From positions 6,112,001 through 6,176,000 of the forward strand of contig OZ250169.1 in NCBI GenBank assembly GCA_965237955.1: a stretch of DNA of 64,000 nt, given 5' to 3'. Below the pieces are notes generated by a model. That model worked only from the letters and a program-made list of their open reading frames with translations. It did not search any database and was not told the origin of the DNA. The DNA is from Candidatus Marinacidobacterales bacterium (GTDB lineage Bacteria > Acidobacteriota > Vicinamibacteria > Marinacidobacterales > SMYC01). Made by a program: the position numbers and the translations under genes. Shown here piece by piece: positions 20,229 through 30,522 of the stretch (position 1 is the stretch's first letter; each line of letters starts with the position of its first letter).

Positions 20229-22733
20229 CTAGAAGTTCCGCAGCCGCAGGGCATTCGTGACCACGGAGACGGAGCTCATCGCCATGGCGCCGGCGGCGAT
20301 GACGGGCGACAGCAGGACGCCGAACGCCGGGTACAGAACGCCCGCGGCAATGGGAATGCCGAAAGCGTTGTAGAAAAACGCCCAGAAAAGGTTCTGGCGG
20401 ATGATCCGGAGTGTTTGACGCGACAATCGCATCGCATCCACGACGCCGCCAAGGTCGTCGTTCACGAGCGTGATATCCGATGCTTCGATGGCGACGTCGG
20501 TGCCACTACCGATGGCCACGCCGATGTCGGCCTGTGCGAGCGCGGGTGCGTCGTTGATGCCGTCGCCGACCATAGCGACGCGCTTGCCGTCGCGCTGAAG
20601 CTTCTGCACCGCGCTCGCCTTGTCCTCGGGGAGCACTTGAGCCATCACTCGATCGATCCCGACGCTCTCGGCGATGCGTTTGGCTACGGCTTCGCTATCG
20701 CCGGTGATCATCACCGGATCGAGCCCGGACGCCTTCATCGCGCGGATCGCGTCTTTCGAGCCCGGCTTCACGGTGTCGGCAACGCCGAGCATTCCCAGCA
20801 CCTCGCCATCGCCGGCGACGAACATCGCGCTCTTGCCTTCTCGCGCAAGGTGCGCGGCACCGTCCCCCAAACGCCCGATTTCGATTCCCTCTTCATCCAT
20901 CAGGCGCCGGTTGCCAACGAGAATCTCTCGTTTTCCGATGCGGGCGCGCACGCCCATTCCAGGAAGCGCATCGAACTCCGAGGGTGCTTTGAGCGCATCC
21001 CCGATGCCGTGCGCGTAGGCCACGATGGCTTGTCCGGCGGGATGTTCGGACGCTTTTTCGGCGGCGGCCGCGAGCGCAAGAACCTCTCGCGTGTCGAGCT
21101 TCCCCGCCGAGACCATGTCGGTGACTTTGAGCGCGCCCTCGGTAATGGTTCCGGTCTTGTCGAGAACGATGCTCTCGACCGACGCCAACGTCTCCAGACT
21201 CTCGGCGGATTTGATCAAGATGCCGCGCTCGGCGCCGCGACCGGTCGCGACGACGATGGCCGTCGGCGTCGCCAGACCGAGTGCACACGGACAAGCAATG
21301 ATGAGCACCGCAATGGCGTTTCCGAGTGCAAACGGAAGCGACGGCCCGTAGGCGAGCCAAACCGCGAACGTCACGACGGCAATCACGATGACAATCGGCA
21401 CGAACACGCCGGCGATCTTGTCGACGAGCCGTTGCACCGGCGCTTTCGAGCCCTGCGCGTCCTGCACGAGCTTCACGATTTGACCAAGGGTCGTGTCCTG
21501 GCCGACGCGCGTGACTTCGAACTGAAACGCTCCGGTTTGATTGACGGTTCCACCGGTGACCATGTCGCCCGGTGCCTTGTCGACCGGCAAGCTCTCCCCG
21601 GTCAAGAGTGATTCGTCGAGGGTCGAGCGTCCCTTCCGGATGACGCCGTCTAGAGGCACCTTGTCGCCGGGCCGCACCGCGACGATGTCGCCGACCGCGA
21701 CCTGCTCGAGCGGCACATCGCGCTCTTCGTTACCAACGACGAGACGCGCCGTCGGTGGTTGGAGCTCGAGAAGCTTTCGGATCGCCGACGAGGCCTTCCC
21801 TTTCGCTCGCGCCTCCAACATTTTTCCGACCAGCACCAGGGTGATGATCATCGCGGTCGTGTCGTAGTAGAGCGCTGCTTCGACGCCCCGAGCGGCGAGT
21901 ACTCGAGGGGCAAACGTCGTAACCACGCTATAGGAGTAGGCAGCACCGGTGCCAATCGCGATGAGGCTATCCATGTTGAACGAGAACGAGCGCAGTCCCG
22001 CTACGAAGCCGCGGAGGAACTGCCCGCCGCACCAGAAGAGCACGGGCGTCGTCGCGATGAAGAGCAGAACGGCACGAAGCTCGGGTGTGGCGCCAATGGT
22101 CTCGGCGGACACCATGCTGAGCGTCATAATCACAGCCGACAAAAGAGCCGACACGATCGTCTTTTTCTCGAGCACTGCGTACTCGGCGGCACGGAACCTG
22201 TCAACTTCAGTGGTGGCGTCGCTCGCGGTCTCGGAGGTGCGAGTGATGACTTTGTACGGTCCCGCCGACGCGATCGCATCCTCGATTTGCTCGAAGCTCA
22301 CTCGCGCCGGGTCGTAGTCGACCGAGACGCGTTCGGTGGCAAAATTCGCGGACGCTCGGGAGACTCCTTCGACTCCGGCGAGCGAACCCTCGATCGCGGC
22401 GACGCAGCTCGCGCAGTGCATGCCGTGAATCGGCACATCGAGACGTTCTTCTCCCGCGGGCGTTTCGACAGCGGCAGCTTCGGGCACCGTCAGCGAGACG
22501 AGACCGCTACCGGACGGCATGTGCGCCGAGGTCTCGGCGCCCTCTTGCAGAAACGTATCCGGATCTTTCTCGAACGCTGCCTTGCACCCGGCCGCACAAA
22601 AGAAGTAGCTCTCACCGTTGTGCGTCGTTTTGTGCGGTGAAGTATCGGGATTCACCGATATGCCACAGACAGGATCGACCCAAGTCTGCTCTTTAGTGGT
22701 CATGAACACCGTATCCGGGGCGGAGTCTAGCAC
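20229..22733 (-). CDS. copA: Cu(I)-translocating P1B-type ATPase with YHS and HMA domains
   Basis: DPVCG...YFFCAAGC (YHS), [29 protein letters not shown] and MAMSS. Confidence 0.93.
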   Translation of the reverse strand: MLDSAPDTVFMTTKEQTWVDPVCGISVNPDTSPHKTTHNGESYFFCAAGCKAAFEKDPDTFLQEGAETSAHMPSGSGLVSLTVPEAAAVETPAGEERLDVPIHGMHCASCVAAIEGSLAGVEGVSRASANFATERVSVDYDPARVSFEQIEDAIASAGPYKVITRTSETASDATTEVDRFRAAEYAVLEKKTIVSALLSAVIMTLSMVSAETIGATPELRAVLLFIATTPVLFWCGGQFLRGFVAGLRSFSFNMDSLIAIGTGAAYSYSVVTTFAPRVLAARGVEAALYYDTTAMIITLVLVGKMLEARAKGKASSAIRKLLELQPPTARLVVGNEERDVPLEQVAVGDIVAVRPGDKVPLDGVIRKGRSTLDESLLTGESLPVDKAPGDMVTGGTVNQTGAFQFEVTRVGQDTTLGQIVKLVQDAQGSKAPVQRLVDKIAGVFVPIVIVIAVVTFAVWLAYGPSLPFALGNAIAVLIIACPCALGLATPTAIVVATGRGAERGILIKSAESLETLASVESIVLDKTGTITEGALKVTDMVSAGKLDTREVLALAAAAEKASEHPAGQAIVAYAHGIGDALKAPSEFDALPGMGVRARIGKREILVGNRRLMDEEGIEIGRLGDGAAHLAREGKSAMFVAGDGEVLGMLGVADTVKPGSKDAIRAMKASGLDPVMITGDSEAVAKRIAESVGIDRVMAQVLPEDKASAVQKLQRDGKRVAMVGDGINDAPALAQADIGVAIGSGTDVAIEASDITLVNDDLGGVVDAMRLSRQTLRIIRQNLFWAFFYNAFGIPIAAGVLYPAFGVLLSPVIAAGAMAMSSVSVVTNALRLRNF

Positions 22734-22798
22734 ACGCCGGGAACCGCTCTCGAGACGAGACTTGCCGACAGAGCGCGACCCGCTTACCCTATGACTCC

Positions 22799-23464
22799 AT
22801 GGATGTCTCCGTGGACCTGACGCGCCAACTCGCGCACGAGATCCAAGCGCCGCTCACCTCTCTCGAGCTACAACTGCGAAAGCTCAGCCGAGAGCGACCG
22901 GAGAGCGAGCTCGCCGCGGACTGTCTCGAGGAGATCGCGTCTCTGAAACGACTGGTTACGAGCTTCCTCGAGCTCGGCGCACCCGAGCTACCTGAGCTTG
23001 CCCCGAGCGCGCTCGAGTTGGCTCCCGTGTTCCACGCCGTCGAGAAGCGTTTCCGCCCTATCGCCGTCGCACGCAACGTGAAGCTTCAAATGGACTGCGG
23101 ATCCGCGAGCGCGGTCTTCGACGCCCGTGCGACCGAACGTATCCTTGCAAACCTCGTCGATAACGCCATCAAGTTCTCGAGAGATAGCGGCACGGTATAT
23201 GTCTTCGCCCGGTCCCGCGCGCACAACGGTAGCGTCGAGCTCGAAGTGCGGGACGAGGGTATCGGGATCGCAACCGAGGCGCGAGCTCTCGTGTTCGAAC
23301 CTTTCTACCGTGTCAATCGGGAGCTCGCCGGGCGGGAAGTCGCGGGGTTCGGCCTCGGTCTCGCGATCTCGAAACGCCTCGCCGAAGCTCAACGCGGATC
23401 GCTTTACTGCGAGAGCGATCTCGGCCGCGGCAGCTCGTTTATTCTGACGCTTCCCGCAACGTGA
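22799..23464 (+). CDS. Histidine kinase core (HisKA + HATPase) with no sensor domain
   Basis: [10 protein letters not shown] (H box), [29 protein letters not shown]. Confidence 0.85.
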   Translation: MDVSVDLTRQLAHEIQAPLTSLELQLRKLSRERPESELAADCLEEIASLKRLVTSFLELGAPELPELAPSALELAPVFHAVEKRFRPIAVARNVKLQMDCGSASAVFDARATERILANLVDNAIKFSRDSGTVYVFARSRAHNGSVELEVRDEGIGIATEARALVFEPFYRVNRELAGREVAGFGLGLAISKRLAEAQRGSLYCESDLGRGSSFILTLPAT

Positions 23465-23506
23465 TCCATTGACTCAAACTCGCAATTTATTGTAGCGTCA
23501 CTCGCC

Positions 23507-24019
23507 ATGGCCTTGCGATCCATCGTGAAATTCGGTGCTCCCGAGCTCGACACTCGCTGCGAGGAAATCACAGACTTCGCTCCCGATCTCGAAGCGCTCG
23601 CAAAAGACATGGTTCAAACCATGTATGCCGCTCCCGGCGTCGGCCTCGCCGCCAATCAGGTCGGGTTGACCACGCGTCTGATGGTGATCGACATTACCGT
23701 CGGCGAAGACGCCAGCCAGCTCATCATCATCGCGAATCCGGTCATGCTCGAGATGGAAGGTGAGCAGCGTGAAGAAGAGGGGTGTTTGTCGGTCCCCGGT
23801 CACGCGGGCGTGGTCCAACGTCCCGCTTGGGTCAAAGTTCGTGGTCAGGACTTGAAAGGAAACGAGATCACGATAGAAGGTACCGGCCTTCTCGCGCGCG
23901 CGTTCTGCCACGAGATCGATCACCTCGACGGCAAGCTCTTCATCGAGCGCCTCGGTGTTCTCAAGCGCGACTTGATCAAGCGGAAGATTCGCAAACAAAT
24001 CCGTCAGGGCGAGTGGTAG
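23507..24019 (+). CDS. def: Peptide deformylase
   Basis: GVGLAANQ, EGCLS, HEIDH. Confidence 0.97.
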   Translation: MALRSIVKFGAPELDTRCEEITDFAPDLEALAKDMVQTMYAAPGVGLAANQVGLTTRLMVIDITVGEDASQLIIIANPVMLEMEGEQREEEGCLSVPGHAGVVQRPAWVKVRGQDLKGNEITIEGTGLLARAFCHEIDHLDGKLFIERLGVLKRDLIKRKIRKQIRQGEW

Positions 24020-24029
24020 TTTCCACAGC

Positions 24030-24992
24030 ATGAAGCTCTTGTTCATGGGCTCGGGGTCGTTCGCCGTCCCCTCCTTGCGAGCGCTTCTCGCGTCGCCATC
24101 CCACGAAGTCGTAGCTCTTGTCACTCAGCCCGACAAGCCGGCGGGGCGAGGCCATCGTCTTCGACTGCCGCCGACGAAGCACGTCGCCATCGAGCACGGT
24201 CTCGACGTCCACCAGCCTGCCAGAGTGCGTCACCCTGAAGGTGTCGAGCTCGTACGCGAGCTCGCGCCGGAATGTATCGTCGTCGTCGCCTACGGACAGA
24301 TCATTCCCAAGTCGATCCTAGGCATCCCGCCCAAAGGGATCATCAACGTGCATGCATCCCTTCTTCCGCGTTACCGAGGCGCGGCCCCCATCCAGTGGGC
24401 TATCGCGCGCGGAGAGACGGAGACCGGCGTGAGCACGATGCTCATGGACGAGGGGCTCGACACCGGGCCGGTGCTGCTTCAGGAAAAGACGCCGATCGAT
24501 CCGGACGAAACGTCTTCGGTGCTCGAGCCTCGTCTTGCGGTATTGGGTGCCAGCCTTCTCGAGCGCACCCTCGAGCTCTGGGCAGACGGCGCTCTCGTAC
24601 CGACACCTCAGGACGACTCCGATGCCACGCTCGCCCCTCGTATCAAGAAAGAGGACGCGCTCGTCGACTGGAGCTTGCCCGCCCGGACGATCGCGTCTCA
24701 CGTACGGGCGTTCGACCCATGGCCCGTCGCGTTCACAACGTTCGCGGGCGTGCCACTCAAAATCTGGAAGGCGAGAGCGCTCGGCGGGACCACATCGAGT
24801 CCCCACGGTACGGTCGTAGCCGTCGGAGACGGCGGCGACAGCGATAGCGACAGCGACAGCATCAGTGTCGCTTGCGGCGAGGGGACGATACTCGCGATCA
24901 AAGACGTCCAGCTCTCGGGGAAAGCTCGCATGGCGGCCGCAGACTTTGCTCGCGGCAAGCGCCTCCGGCTCGGAACGCGTTTGGGGGCCTAG
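24030..24992 (+). CDS. fmt: Methionyl-tRNA formyltransferase
   Basis: VTQPDKPAGRG, NVHASLLPRYRGAAPI; follows def. Confidence 0.97.
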   Translation: MKLLFMGSGSFAVPSLRALLASPSHEVVALVTQPDKPAGRGHRLRLPPTKHVAIEHGLDVHQPARVRHPEGVELVRELAPECIVVVAYGQIIPKSILGIPPKGIINVHASLLPRYRGAAPIQWAIARGETETGVSTMLMDEGLDTGPVLLQEKTPIDPDETSSVLEPRLAVLGASLLERTLELWADGALVPTPQDDSDATLAPRIKKEDALVDWSLPARTIASHVRAFDPWPVAFTTFAGVPLKIWKARALGGTTSSPHGTVVAVGDGGDSDSDSDSISVACGEGTILAIKDVQLSGKARMAAADFARGKRLRLGTRLGA

Positions 24993-25128
24993 TGCCTCAC
25001 TACCGGCGCCTGAAACCGTAGGCAGAATCCCCCGGATCCCACTTTTTCGAGTGGATTCGCGTGGATAGTCCCACAGGCGCGAACAGCGATTTCCCCCCAT
25101 CTCGTTGATTCGAAGGCGACATCGCTTC

Positions 25129-25145
25129 AGGTACGGTCCTTGCAA
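25129..25145 (+). promoter_or_regulatory. sigma54 promoter candidate for the GGDEF/EAL gene
   Basis: AGGTACGGTCCTTGCAA, GG-N10-GC with TTGCA, about 47 bp upstream of the ATG. Confidence 0.55.
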
Positions 25146-25191
25146 TCGACATCAATAGGCAGAACCCTGTAACTGTAACCTAAATCACAAG

Positions 25192-27888
25192 ATGCAAGCC
25201 AAACCCAAGGAAGCCCGCGAAGACCGTCGTGCCCGCACGCGTGTGTCGGGCCCGACTGCCGCGCATCCATCTCGCGAGGAGAGGCAAGGGAGCCTCCTGT
25301 CCTCGCAGAACCAGATTCTTTCCAAGATAGCCACGGGATGCACCATCCCGGAACTGATGTCGGACGTGGCCGACTACGTCAAAACCTTCGCTCCGACGTG
25401 GGACACGGCAGTCCACCTTGTCGATCCGAGTACGGGTCGGCTCACCCGCGGCATCTCCAAAAGCCTCGGACGGGCGGTGATTCAAGAGATGGAGCGCATT
25501 CCCCTGAGCGAAGAGTGGCCCGTAGGCACCGCGTTCGCCACGGGAAACCGCTGGCGCCGCTCGGAAGCCGAGAGCGAGCGGAACGAGTCCTATCTCGAGC
25601 TCGAGAAGAAGCACGACGTGCAATGCTTTTGGGTGGCACCCGCGCGTTCATCGAAGGGCGCGACCGTGGCCGTCGTGACCGCGTTCCGCCGTACGGGTTG
25701 TACGGCCCGTACAGCCCGTACGGAGTTCGAAGAGTCTCTAGAGACCGTTCTCGACGTCGCGTCTTCGATCTTGGGCATGGGGGTCGAGCGGATCCGCACC
25801 GTCGAGCGTTTGCTTCTCGCAAAGTCGTCCATCGACAAGAGCCGTGAGCCGACCTTGTGCGTACGCTCGGACGCGAGCTTTATTTATGTCAACGACGCAG
25901 CGTGCGAGGCGTTCGGCTATGCGCGCGACGAGCTACTGGCGATGCACGTGTGGGAGCTCGATGCCAACGTGAGCGAAGAGGACTTCCAACGGATCTGGGA
26001 GCTGACGGCGCGTCGCGACGCTCTAGTGCTGCGGACGGAAGTGCGGCTACGCGACGGAGGAGCCACTCCGGTCGAAATCGCGATCAGCCATATCAAGATT
26101 CAAAACGAAGGCTTCCAGTGTGCCGTCATCCACAACATTTCCGCGCTTCGCGAAACGGAGAAGCGCCTCCACGACTGCGAGGAGCGTTACGCGCTCGCCG
26201 CCAAAGGTGCCAACGACGGGCTTTGGAGCTGGGACCTGGATCGCGACGCGATGCATCTATCGCCGCGGTGGTGTGCGCTCGTAGGTCTCGAGCCCGAGGA
26301 GCGCCATGCGTCGCCGGAAGAGTGGTGGCGCCGGATCCACCCGGACGACGTCGAGCGTGTGCGCGCCGAGCTCGATGCCCACTTGTCCGGAAAGTCAGAG
26401 ACGTTCGAGATCGAGCACCGCATGGTCCACAACCAGGGACGCTATCTGTGGGTGCTGACCCGCGGCGAGGCGGTCCGCGACGTGCACGGCGCGCCCGCAC
26501 GCATCGCCGGCTCGCTCACCGATATTACCAAGCAAAAGCTCGCCGAAGAGAGGCTTCGTCACGACGCGTTGCACGATGACTTGACCGGCCTTCCGAACCG
26601 ATCGATGTTCATGGACCACTTTGGGCGCGTGCTGGAGCGCGCCCGCCGCTCCGAACAAACGTTCCAGTTCGCAGTTTTGTTCCTCGACTTCGATAGGTTC
26701 AAACGGATCAACGACAGCCTCGGCCATCTCGTCGGCGACCAGCTGCTCATCGCGATTGCGCGACGGTTGGGCTCGTGCGTACGGCCGTCCGACACCGTGG
26801 CACGACTCGGAGGCGACGAGTTCGCCGTCCTGCTCGAACGGGTGGCGGGGGTGACGGGCGCGACGAGACTTGCCGAACGCGTTCATCAAGCGCTTCGCGA
26901 GCCCTTCCGAGTCTCGGGCCTCGAGGTCTTCATCACCGCGAGCATCGGAATCGCGGTCGCCTCACGAACGTACGAGCGCCCCGAAGATATTCTGCGCGAT
27001 GCCGACACCGCGATGTACCGGGCCAAGGCAGCCGGCAAAGCACGACACGAAGTCTTCGATGAAGCCATGCACGCACGTGCCATCGAGCAGCTCAAGCTCG
27101 AGGTCGAGCTCGGGCTCGCGGTCAAGAGGAAAGAGTTCTGCTTGCGGTACCAGCCCGTCGTCTCTCTCGAGGACGGACGTCCCGTCGGGGTCGAAGCGTT
27201 CGCGCGATGGCAGCACCCGAACCGCGGGCTTCTCGCACCGGTATCGTTTCTCAGCGTCGCCGAAGAGTCGGGTCTCATCGTCGACATTGGCTGGTGGATC
27301 TTCCGTGAAGCGTGCACGCAGATGAAGGCCTGGCAAGACCGCTTTCAGTCCGCTCGCTCGCTTGCAATCCACGTCAACCTGTCCGGGAAGGAGCTCTTCC
27401 AGCCCGAGCTCCCCGAGCGGATCGAAGCTGTGCTCGCCGAGACCGGTCTGAAACCGGAGCATCTGGTACTCGACATCCCCGAGAACGTCATCATGCACAA
27501 GGCCGAATCGTCGGTAACCATCCTGGGTCAGCTCAAATCCCTCGCGCTCCGGATCCACCTGGACGACTTCGGAACCGGCTATTCCTCGCTCGGCTACTTG
27601 CACCGATTCCAAATCGACACGCTCAAGATCGACCACTCCTTCATCCGGCACCTGCGCTCCGGCGGAGAGAACTGGAAAACGGTGCGAGCGATCGTGAGCC
27701 TCGCCAAGAACCTGGGGATGGACGTCATTGCCGAAGGCGTCGAAAGCGAAGAGCAGTTCGAACAGCTCCGAAAACTCCGCTGCAAGAGCGCCCAAGGCAG
27801 CTTTTTCGAGGAGCCCCTGACGGACGATGAGATGGCGCGGTTCCTTTCTCGCCCCGACGCCAGCGGAAAGTCGCCACACCAGAAGTGA
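25192..27888 (+). CDS. GAF-PAS-PAS-GGDEF-EAL diguanylate cyclase/phosphodiesterase
   Basis: HDDLTGLPNR, I-site RPSD, RLGGDEF; EAL domain variant EAF, DDFGTGYSS, AEGVE. Confidence 0.93.
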   Translation: MQAKPKEAREDRRARTRVSGPTAAHPSREERQGSLLSSQNQILSKIATGCTIPELMSDVADYVKTFAPTWDTAVHLVDPSTGRLTRGISKSLGRAVIQEMERIPLSEEWPVGTAFATGNRWRRSEAESERNESYLELEKKHDVQCFWVAPARSSKGATVAVVTAFRRTGCTARTARTEFEESLETVLDVASSILGMGVERIRTVERLLLAKSSIDKSREPTLCVRSDASFIYVNDAACEAFGYARDELLAMHVWELDANVSEEDFQRIWELTARRDALVLRTEVRLRDGGATPVEIAISHIKIQNEGFQCAVIHNISALRETEKRLHDCEERYALAAKGANDGLWSWDLDRDAMHLSPRWCALVGLEPEERHASPEEWWRRIHPDDVERVRAELDAHLSGKSETFEIEHRMVHNQGRYLWVLTRGEAVRDVHGAPARIAGSLTDITKQKLAEERLRHDALHDDLTGLPNRSMFMDHFGRVLERARRSEQTFQFAVLFLDFDRFKRINDSLGHLVGDQLLIAIARRLGSCVRPSDTVARLGGDEFAVLLERVAGVTGATRLAERVHQALREPFRVSGLEVFITASIGIAVASRTYERPEDILRDADTAMYRAKAAGKARHEVFDEAMHARAIEQLKLEVELGLAVKRKEFCLRYQPVVSLEDGRPVGVEAFARWQHPNRGLLAPVSFLSVAEESGLIVDIGWWIFREACTQMKAWQDRFQSARSLAIHVNLSGKELFQPELPERIEAVLAETGLKPEHLVLDIPENVIMHKAESSVTILGQLKSLALRIHLDDFGTGYSSLGYLHRFQIDTLKIDHSFIRHLRSGGENWKTVRAIVSLAKNLGMDVIAEGVESEEQFEQLRKLRCKSAQGSFFEEPLTDDEMARFLSRPDASGKSPHQK

Positions 27889-27894
27889 GAGAAT

Positions 27895-27913
27895 CGGCGC
27901 CCAAGGCGCCGAC
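27895..27913. terminator. Hairpin after the GGDEF/EAL gene
   Basis: TCGGCGCC-CAA-GGCGCCGA perfect stem; weak U tract. Confidence 0.45.
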
Positions 27914-28103
27914 TTAGCTCACTTTGCGTCGTTGTCTGCGGCGAATTTTTCTTTCCCGGAAAAACAAGCTTTTGGACGTTCGTAGTGCGTAGGGATCTGC
28001 CTTCAGGGGTGTGGCGCGATCCCCACGCATGCGAGCCGCTGCCGTTTCGCGCAAACCAAACAGCGTCCGTGAGTTGACGCGACTTTCAGCGTCGAAACTT
28101 CCG

Positions 28104-28120
28104 TGGCACACACCGTGCAT
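28104..28120 (+). promoter_or_regulatory. sigma54 promoter candidate for the SH3/beta-barrel gene
   Basis: TGGCACACACCGTGCAT, TGGCAC with exact GG-N10-GC. Confidence 0.65.
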
Positions 28121-28266
28121 TAACACGGCCCGTTCCCCCAAATGCTCACACGAAACGTTTCTTCGTCGTTTTCCCGTCGGGAAAACCCATGGACAGGATT
28201 CCCCTGTCATCGTCCCCAGAACTCTCGACTCCGTTGGCCCTCGACCAACGACGCTGGAGGTTTGTG

Positions 28267-29166
28267 ATGAAGTTTCGAACCGCCCTCTCGGCTATGATCG
28301 TGACCGCGCTCGTCGCCAGTTCCGTGCACGCCCAGGCGCTTCGCGTCACGATCCGCAAGGCTCCGATCCGCTCGGGGCCAGGATCGCAAGAGACGCTGGT
28401 AGCGACAGCCGCGGAAGGCGATCTTCTCGAGTACGTCGACGTGGAAGGTCTCTGGTACATCGTTAGGGTACCCGCTACTCGACAAGTGGGTTATGTCCAC
28501 AGCGCCCTCGTCGAGCAGACGGCCGAGCGTGCGCCCGCGGGCGCGACCGCACCGCCGCCGCCGGTGGCAGCGCCGATGGCGCAGCCCTGTGCCCCACCGC
28601 CGCCTCCACCCCCACGCAGCCCCTCGCGGACATCGCCGCCGCCGCCGCCGCCCAAACGGGAGCTCGAACAACTACCCAATACTCAGCCGTCGATCGACCC
28701 GACACTAGACGACGCGCCGTGGGAGCATCGGGGCTTCGGTATCGGCGTCCGGATGGGGCACTCCACGGTCGGCAACATGGCGTTCAATCTCAGAAGCTTT
28801 GGACGCAGCCTCGGCTTGTCCTTCGACCTCGCGAGCGATGTCGACGTGCTGCAACTGCAGCCCTCCCTCATGTTCAAGATAGGCAGTCCCATCGAGTTGG
28901 AAGCCGTGTACTTCCAGCCTTACTTCGGAGTCGGCGCGAACGCTTTTTGGCACCGCATCGAAAATCCCGATACCACATTCGACGTGGGTGTCGTTGCACT
29001 CGGAGGTATGGACCTGGGATTCACCGCCGTGCCGAATCTCACCGTGTCCGTGGACTTGGGATACTTCTCGGACCCTATCGATCTCGACTGCCGCGCAGAT
29101 TGCTTTACCAGCAGTTTCTCGGACCGATTGGGTCTGAACTTCGGCGTGGACTGGTACTTCAAGTAG
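28267..29166 (+). CDS. Outer-membrane protein: signal peptide, SH3-like domain, Pro-rich linker, small beta-barrel
   Basis: GGAGG RBS before ATG 28267; IRSGPG...WYIV...GYVHS (SH3b-like); poly-Pro; amphipathic strands, PYFGVG; C-terminal GVDWYFK. Confidence 0.75.
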   Translation: MKFRTALSAMIVTALVASSVHAQALRVTIRKAPIRSGPGSQETLVATAAEGDLLEYVDVEGLWYIVRVPATRQVGYVHSALVEQTAERAPAGATAPPPPVAAPMAQPCAPPPPPPPRSPSRTSPPPPPPKRELEQLPNTQPSIDPTLDDAPWEHRGFGIGVRMGHSTVGNMAFNLRSFGRSLGLSFDLASDVDVLQLQPSLMFKIGSPIELEAVYFQPYFGVGANAFWHRIENPDTTFDVGVVALGGMDLGFTAVPNLTVSVDLGYFSDPIDLDCRADCFTSSFSDRLGLNFGVDWYFK

Positions 29167-29177
29167 TCTGTAGTAGG

Positions 29178-29222
29178 TCGCGGCGCGGCCCCAAAGCGGT
29201 CGCGCCGCGATCCTCAGTTTTT
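29178..29222 (+). terminator. Intrinsic terminator candidate
   Basis: TCGCGGCGCGGCC...GGTCGCGCCGCGA stem followed by TCCTCAGTTTTT. Confidence 0.55.
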
Positions 29223-29298
29223 GTGACGGTGATCGCGGAACGGGCCACCTCGGATCGTGGTAGACTCCTGGTCGCGTCATAACCACAGGAGAATTTCG

Positions 29299-29619
29299 AT
29301 GAAGCTGGTGCCAGTAATTTCGCTAGCTCTGTGTGCTGTTCTTTTCGCGTGCCCTTTCGCTTTCGCGCAGGAGGGCGTGGAAGGGGCAATGGACGAGGGC
29401 AAGAGGCAATACCGCAACGGCAACTACCAGGCCGCCATTGGAGAGCTCACCCGCGTGATAGACGAAGCTCCCGATCGCGCCGACGCGTTCTACTTGATCG
29501 GCTACGCGCACCTCATGCTCCGGCAATACCCGGAGTCCCTCGACGCGTTCGCCCGGGCGTTTCAGCTCGATCCGACTCTCGACCCTCGTTCCATCTACCA
29601 GCGGCGCTCGCCGGAGTAA
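29299..29619 (+). CDS. Small exported TPR protein
   Basis: AGGAG RBS, signal peptide, two TPR units. Confidence 0.8.
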   Translation: MKLVPVISLALCAVLFACPFAFAQEGVEGAMDEGKRQYRNGNYQAAIGELTRVIDEAPDRADAFYLIGYAHLMLRQYPESLDAFARAFQLDPTLDPRSIYQRRSPE

Positions 29620-29637
29620 AACTTGTAGAATGCGTGG

Positions 29638-30519
29638 GTGCGGTTCTTACGCTGGCTGCTCGTGGCGCCCGTCGTCCTAGCAACCCTCTACCTCTACTTC
29701 GCCACGCTCCATCCTCACCAGCGACTACCGGACCACGTGTTCTTCGACGCGCCCGAGCCGTGGGCGATCGCACACCAGGGCGGAGGGGAACTCTGGCCCG
29801 AGAACACGCTCTACGCTTTCGCGAAAGCCGAAGAGCTCGGCGTCGACGTGCTCGAGATGGATCTACGTGCCACCGTCGACAGAGAGATCGTCGTCATGCA
29901 CGACGCGAGCGTGGATGGCACGACGGACGGGAGCGGACGCGTCGACGAGATGACGCTCGCCGAAATTCGTGAGCTCGACGCGGGTTATCAGTTCAAAGGT
30001 GCGCCGGGGCAATTCCCTCACCGGGGTCAGGGCCTTACGGTACCGACGCTCGAGGAAGTGTTGTCGCGATTTTCGACGGCGCGTCTGATTCTCGAGATGA
30101 AGGAGTTCACGCCCGCTCTAGCCGTGGAGCTTTGCAGCGTTCTCACCACGCGCGAGGCAGAGGAGCGGGTGTTAATCGCGTCGTTCGGGCACGACTCGAT
30201 GTCTGCGTTCCGCGAAGCATGCCCAACAGTCGCCACCAGTGCCACGTTGCGCGAGGGGCTGATGTTGTACCAGCTCAACGGCATGCGCCTCGCGAGTCTG
30301 TATCGAAGCCCCGCGGTGGCGCTTCAGATTCAGAAAAAGTACGTCGAGCCGCGGCTTCTCGAACTCGCCGATGCGTTCAACGTCAAAGTTCAGGTGTGGA
30401 CCATTGACGACGAAGCCGACATGAAACGGCTACTCGATATGGGAGTCCAGGGGATTATGACCGACTACCCGGACCGGCTGTTGCGAGTGATGGGTCGAGC
30501 GTCGTCTGCCACGCGGTGA
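29638..30519 (+). CDS. Glycerophosphodiester phosphodiesterase
   Basis: IAHQGG...PENTLYAF, LEMDL, VMHD, VWTID, GIMTDYP. Confidence 0.92.
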   Translation: MRFLRWLLVAPVVLATLYLYFATLHPHQRLPDHVFFDAPEPWAIAHQGGGELWPENTLYAFAKAEELGVDVLEMDLRATVDREIVVMHDASVDGTTDGSGRVDEMTLAEIRELDAGYQFKGAPGQFPHRGQGLTVPTLEEVLSRFSTARLILEMKEFTPALAVELCSVLTTREAEERVLIASFGHDSMSAFREACPTVATSATLREGLMLYQLNGMRLASLYRSPAVALQIQKKYVEPRLLELADAFNVKVQVWTIDDEADMKRLLDMGVQGIMTDYPDRLLRVMGRASSATR

Positions 30520-30522
30520 ACG

